Assembly: GCA_035933635.1 (NCBI GenBank)
Contig: DASYYY010000030.1
Coordinates: 2,911 to 66,910 of the forward strand
DNA from: Thermoplasmata archaeon
GTDB lineage: Archaea > Thermoplasmatota > Thermoplasmata > Lutacidiplasmatales > UBA184
Direction of reading: 5' to 3'
Length of the DNA: 64,000 nt
The notes beneath the pieces were generated by a model. It saw nothing but the letters and a program-made list of their open reading frames with translations, searched no databases and was not told where the DNA came from. Shown piece by piece: positions 60,114 through 64,000 of this stretch. A program made the position numbers and the translations under genes. Position 1 is the stretch's first letter. Every line of letters starts with the position of its first letter.

Positions 60114-60779
60114 GTGATGAATGCGGAGGAGGCGGTCCCGGAGGCTCCGCCCACCGACACCGAAGGGCAGGATACCCGCCCCGGGGAGCTGCTCATCCCC
60201 GAGGACACCTACCTCACCTCGGGCGTGCACATCGGCACGCAGCAGAAGTCGGCGAGCATGCGCCGCTTCGTCTACAAGATCCGCTACGACGGCCTGTACG
60301 TTCTCGACATCAAGGAGACCGACCGGCGGATCCGGCTCGCCGCCCAGTTCCTCGCCCGCTTCCCCCCCGACAAGATCCTCGCCGTCAGCCAGCGCCAGTA
60401 CGGCCAGAAGCCCGTCCGGTTGTTCTCCAAGAGCATCGGGGCGGTCTCGTTCTCCGAGCGGTTCGTTCCCGGTTGCCTGACCAACCCCGCCCTCGCCGAG
60501 TACATCGAGCCCAAGGTCCTGATGGTCACCGACCCGGCGACCGATCAGCAGGCGCTGAGCGAGGCGGTCTCCATCGGGATCCCGGTCGTGGGGATCTGCG
60601 ACGTCAACAACGAGACGCGCAACGTCGACCTCGTCATCCCCGCCAACAACAAGGGACGAGTCGCCCTCGCCACGGTCTACTGGCTGCTCACCCGCGAGAT
60701 CCTCAAGATCCGCGCCGGGAACGCCGCCGAGGCGCCCGGCTTCACGCTGGGTATCGAGGACTTCCAGGCCGCCCTGTAG
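60114..60779 (+). CDS. rps2: 30S ribosomal protein S2 (uS2)
   Basis: [34 protein letters not shown] and [29 protein letters not shown]. Starts directly after the eno stop (GTG 60114 or ATG 60117). eno-rps2 linkage is conserved in archaea. Confidence 0.92.
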   Translation: MMNAEEAVPEAPPTDTEGQDTRPGELLIPEDTYLTSGVHIGTQQKSASMRRFVYKIRYDGLYVLDIKETDRRIRLAAQFLARFPPDKILAVSQRQYGQKPVRLFSKSIGAVSFSERFVPGCLTNPALAEYIEPKVLMVTDPATDQQALSEAVSIGIPVVGICDVNNETRNVDLVIPANNKGRVALATVYWLLTREILKIRAGNAAEAPGFTLGIEDFQAAL

Positions 60780-60862
60780 GCCCGGCGCGGGCCACGCGCG
60801 CAGCGGCCACGGCTCCCCTTCAAGCCATCGGCGCGCGCGACGAGCGTCGGCGCTCCGGCCCC

Positions 60863-60868
60863 TTTATT
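60863..60868 (+). promoter_or_regulatory. TATA-like box (TTTATT) about 25 nt upstream of GTG 60891
   Basis: cccTTTATTcc lies in a GC-rich spacer. The geometry is leaderless. Confidence 0.4.
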
Positions 60869-60890
60869 CCGTTCTGCGCCAGTTCGGGGC

Positions 60891-62162
60891 GTGCCCAAGC
60901 CCAAGAACGGTCTCCTCGAGATCCTCGTCGCGCGCGGCGTGGCCGAGCCGGCCGCTCGGATCTACCTGGTGGCGGCCCGCGGCTCGCCGCTGACCGCCGC
61001 GGAGCTGGCGCGCTCGACGGCGATCCACCGCGTGCACGGCTACCGGTTCATCCGTGAACTGGTGGCCGAAGGGCTGCTGCGGCCGGTCGGCCAGCGTCCC
61101 ATGCGATTTGCCGCCCTACCGGTCGAGGAGCTCGTCGATCAGTGGATCGAACGGACCTCCGGCGAGCTCGAGCGCCTGCGCAAGGACCGCGAGCATCTCC
61201 TCGAGGAATCCCGTGCCCCCGGGACGGGGTGGGGCGGCTCCGATGTACGCCGGTTCAACATCATCGAAGGGCAGACGGCGATCCAGACCTTCCTCCGTAA
61301 GCAGATCGGCGCGGCCCGCCGGGAACTGCTGATCTCGGTCGGAGGCTTCGCCATCGCCCGGGCCATCGACGGCGGACTCGACCGGGCGATCCGGGAGGCG
61401 GCCGAGCGCGGCATCCGCGTCCGCCTGGTCACCGAGGTCACGGCCTCCAATCTCGGCGAGATCAAGCTGTTCACGCCCGGCACCGAGGTCCGCGCGGCCA
61501 CACGGATGGTGACCAACCGGGCGATCCTGATCGACCGCAGCCAGGCGGCGCTGTTCGTCTCGGGTGAGGAGGGGTTCGGCGCGACCGGCGAGGCGCAGGT
61601 GCTCCTGGTGACCACCGACCCGCACTTCCTGACGCTGACCCGCGAGTACCACCAGCGGCTGTGGGCCCACTCGGTCCCGTTCACCGAGCGGGTCGTCGAG
61701 CTCGAGAGCCCGGCCCGGGCGCTGTTGCCCGTCGCGCGGGGCCAGCTCGAGGAGACGTTCCAGCGACTCCGCGAGATCACCGAGCTCGGGATGGCGGCGA
61801 CCGGGATGCAAGAGCTCGCGCTCGACCTGCCCGACCTCATCCAGGCGGTCGCGACGCAGATCGGCCATCAGATGGGTGAAGGGATCGAAGGGCGCACCCC
61901 CGAGGAGGTGGCGCGTTCGCTCTCGGAGTTCTATGCCCGCCACGCCACCGGCCGATTGAACGTGATCAAGGACGACCCGCTGACGCTCAAGGTGACGAAC
62001 TGCTTCGCCTGCCGCGCGTCGCCCGAGATCGGGCGCGTACTCTGCCCGGGGATGATCGGGGCCGCGCTCGAACGACGGCTCGGGGAGGCGTGGGATGTCT
62101 CCAAGCCCGACCCGAGTCACCACGCGACGCGCGGTTGCCTGTTCACGTTGACCCAAGGTTGA
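60891..62162 (+). CDS. TrmB-like transcriptional regulator with a C-terminal Cys-containing (V4R-like) domain
   Basis: N-terminal wHTH LEILVARGVAEPAARIYLVAARGSPLTAAELARSTAIHRVHGYRFIRELVAEGLL, then a coiled segment. The C-terminal NCFACRASPEIGRVLCPGMIGAALE...GCLFTL pattern is reminiscent of V4R domains. Confidence 0.65.
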   Translation: MPKPKNGLLEILVARGVAEPAARIYLVAARGSPLTAAELARSTAIHRVHGYRFIRELVAEGLLRPVGQRPMRFAALPVEELVDQWIERTSGELERLRKDREHLLEESRAPGTGWGGSDVRRFNIIEGQTAIQTFLRKQIGAARRELLISVGGFAIARAIDGGLDRAIREAAERGIRVRLVTEVTASNLGEIKLFTPGTEVRAATRMVTNRAILIDRSQAALFVSGEEGFGATGEAQVLLVTTDPHFLTLTREYHQRLWAHSVPFTERVVELESPARALLPVARGQLEETFQRLREITELGMAATGMQELALDLPDLIQAVATQIGHQMGEGIEGRTPEEVARSLSEFYARHATGRLNVIKDDPLTLKVTNCFACRASPEIGRVLCPGMIGAALERRLGEAWDVSKPDPSHHATRGCLFTLTQG

Positions 62163-62221
62163 CCGGCACCTCGGTAGGCCCGGGTCAACCCGGGCGCAGG
62201 GGACGGCCGACGTCGATCCGC

Positions 62222-63250
62222 TCACGGGGCGGATACCGGTCCGCCGCCGGGTGGGACGAAGCGGCCGGTCACTGCGGGTACCACCCGGTCGATTGTCGTA
62301 CGGAAGATCTCGATGTTGGCGAGCGTGGAGCGAAGCGTGGGGAGCACTCCCGTTCGACGCGCCGGCGTCGATCCGGCGCTGCCCATCGCGCCGAGGAGAA
62401 CTCGGGAGTGGTCTTCGACGTAGAAGAAGGGAGAAACCTCCGCCTCGCCCCGCAGTTTTGTCAGCGTCTCCAACGGCCGCCCCGCCGATCGGATCTGCCC
62501 GGTGACGACCACGACCGTAGGAGAAGGGACCGAGGCGATCTCCGGCATCTTCGGCGGAAGGAGCTGCCATCGAGGTTCCAGCCACCCGGCGTCCACGAAC
62601 CAGTTCCTCCATCTCCGGTCCCGGATCACCTGCCAGGGCAGGACGGACGTGCCCGACGCGCGGGATCCGATCCTCCGTTCGAGGTAGCGAACGAGCGCTG
62701 CCGCAGCGCCTGAGCGGACGCGGCCGGAGCCGGTCGGCGGTGCGAACGAGAGCCCGCGCGGATAGCTGGGCAACGGGCCCATCGCCACCCGCTGCGACCA
62801 GAACCCTTCGAAGTCGAAGAACGCCGCCAGCGCCCCCTGCTCCGCGGTGACGGTAACGCTCCGGTGCGACCGTGCCCAACTCGTGGCGGCGGCGCTTCCC
62901 CGACCGGTTGCGGGGGGCGACATCTCGTGCCGGAGGGTCACGGCAAGGAACGCCTCACCCAGGTCCCAGAGAGCGGCGACCTCGGGGCGCCGTACCCACT
63001 CCGCCACGGCCGACGAATGGAACTCGGCAAAGGGGTGGACCAGCGAGACGCGAAGTGCGTTCACTCCGAGGGGAGCGAGCGCAGGGACTTCGCTCGGGAG
63101 CAACCAGCCGTCGACCTGAGCACGCCGTCGGATCCGCTGGAGGGTGGTGCGCGGAACTCCGGAGCGGGCGATCAATCCCCGGTCGCCGTCGGAGCTGCGG
63201 CCGAGTAGGACCCGGACCACGGCCGCTTCCGACGGGGTGAGTGGTCGCAT
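62222..63250 (-). CDS. Hypothetical protein with N-terminal wHTH-like segment and an apparent internal duplication
   Basis: SEAAVVRVLLG....GLIARSGVPRTTLQRIRRRAQVDGWLLP. A second half begins ...FVDAGWLEPRWQLLP. No recognised family. The sequence is Arg-rich, so coding status is less certain. Confidence 0.45.
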   Translation of the reverse strand: MRPLTPSEAAVVRVLLGRSSDGDRGLIARSGVPRTTLQRIRRRAQVDGWLLPSEVPALAPLGVNALRVSLVHPFAEFHSSAVAEWVRRPEVAALWDLGEAFLAVTLRHEMSPPATGRGSAAATSWARSHRSVTVTAEQGALAAFFDFEGFWSQRVAMGPLPSYPRGLSFAPPTGSGRVRSGAAAALVRYLERRIGSRASGTSVLPWQVIRDRRWRNWFVDAGWLEPRWQLLPPKMPEIASVPSPTVVVVTGQIRSAGRPLETLTKLRGEAEVSPFFYVEDHSRVLLGAMGSAGSTPARRTGVLPTLRSTLANIEIFRTTIDRVVPAVTGRFVPPGGGPVSAP

Positions 63251-63362
63251 CCGGCCCAGCAGGAGAACCGGAGGCTTACCCCCATCGTCGGAAGCTCGCT
63301 CCGGTTCCGGCGCCGCGGGCGGAGCTAGCGTTCATCCCGCCGAAGCGTCTTCATGGCCGCAC

Positions 63363-64000
63363 ATGACTCGAGGCACCGAGGGGTGGACGCGTTCGCGATC
63401 CGGATCGACTCGAGTCGCTCGATCCGACGTGTTCCGCTCGGCGGTCGTCGTCGCGCTCGGCGTGTTGGCGCTCGGCCTTCCCGCGACGACGGTGAGCGGG
63501 CTCTCCCACTCCGGAACTCTCTTCTCAGCGGGCGGACCGGCGAACCCGCCCACGGTCGCCTGCGGCCTCCTGCCGAACATGTACCCCATACTGAACACAG
63601 GTGCCAACAGCACTCCCTTTCCGAGTCCCTTCCCCAAGTTCCCAACCCTGAACTTCACGAACAACTCGAGCGGTGGCCGGGGCAACGTGACGATGCCGCC
63701 GGGACTGAACTTCTCGTGGTGGAACGTGACCGTCGGTCAGGTGCGACTCGTATGGTCGGAGGTGTGCACGGCCCCCGCGTTCGTGCAGCTCGTCACCTCC
63801 CAGCCGCCTCAGAATTTCTCCCAAGGATGGTCGGGGAACACCATCAACCATACCGCCGCGATCTCGGTCGGCTACGACTGGGTGGCCGCGTGCCAAGGGA
63901 ATCTCTCCTCTCCTTGGGGGTCCGCCAACGCCTCGAGCCGCGTTCCCTCCTATGCCAATGGCACCCAGTGCACCAACCAGGAGTACTGGAGCGGGGAGTT
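63363..64000 (+). CDS. Exported sequon-rich protein, 5-prime partial (runs off the window end; not in the ORF track)
   Basis: Hand translation gives MTRGTEGWTRSRSGSTRVARSDVFRSAVVVALGVLALGLPATTVSGLSHS...NFTNNSSGGRGNVTMPPGLNFSWWNVTVGQ...NGTQCTNQEYWSGE. It has a signal peptide, many NxS/T sites and no stop through 64000. Alternative GTG start at 63429. Confidence 0.55.
   Translation, partial: MTRGTEGWTRSRSGSTRVARSDVFRSAVVVALGVLALGLPATTVSGLSHSGTLFSAGGPANPPTVACGLLPNMYPILNTGANSTPFPSPFPKFPTLNFTNNSSGGRGNVTMPPGLNFSWWNVTVGQVRLVWSEVCTAPAFVQLVTSQPPQNFSQGWSGNTINHTAAISVGYDWVAACQGNLSSPWGSANASSRVPSYANGTQCTNQEYWSGE

Overview
This is a very GC-rich, densely coding window with strong G/C at codon position 3. 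It is almost certainly archaeal. The evidence is PriL, the exosome subunit Csl4, Pth2, archaeal-type PheRS alpha/beta, RtcB, an ATP-dependent DNA ligase, SRP54, eno-rps2 linkage, an intron-containing tRNA-Leu, and TATA boxes about 25-30 nt upstream of start codons. A Thermoplasmatota-like origin is only a low-confidence guess. I support about 47 protein genes and one tRNA. I saw no rRNA, CRISPR array, transposase or integrase.

Housekeeping and metabolic genes fall into these blocks:
- birA plus a three-subunit biotin transcarboxylase (12S, 5S, 1.3S-like).
- rtcB, an M50 site-2 protease, priL, a CDP-alcohol phosphatidyltransferase and a Fap7-like kinase.
- A minus-strand block: rpe, lig, a PRC-barrel protein, tRNA-Leu, a methyltransferase, csl4 and glyA.
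- pth2, srp54 and a gltD-like gene.
- pheS and pheT, then methylmalonyl-CoA mutase, epimerase, eno and rps2.

The accessory content points to extracellular proteolysis and peptide uptake:
- Three large sedolisin (S53)-like exoproteases.
- A beta-helix surface protein with seven tandem modules of about 80 aa.
- A heavily sequon-rich surface protein.
- An oppBCDF operon.
- Two paralogous, double-sized substrate-binding proteins.

The most unusual observation concerns Zn modules on membrane-anchored exported proteins. Two adjacent exported proteins end in a TM helix followed by a cytoplasmic classical C2H2 zinc finger (CX2CX12HX4H). A third sedolisin ends in a TM helix plus a CX2C-X10-CX2C zinc ribbon. 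A stand-alone C2H2 protein with the same spacing sits between two paralogous HTH+ACT-like regulators, next to a binding-protein gene.

All calls come from reading the translated ORFs and the DNA. No database search was run. Start codons are often uncertain (GTG/TTG starts, leaderless transcripts). Many long ORFs in the supplied track are antisense or off-frame shadows of real genes.
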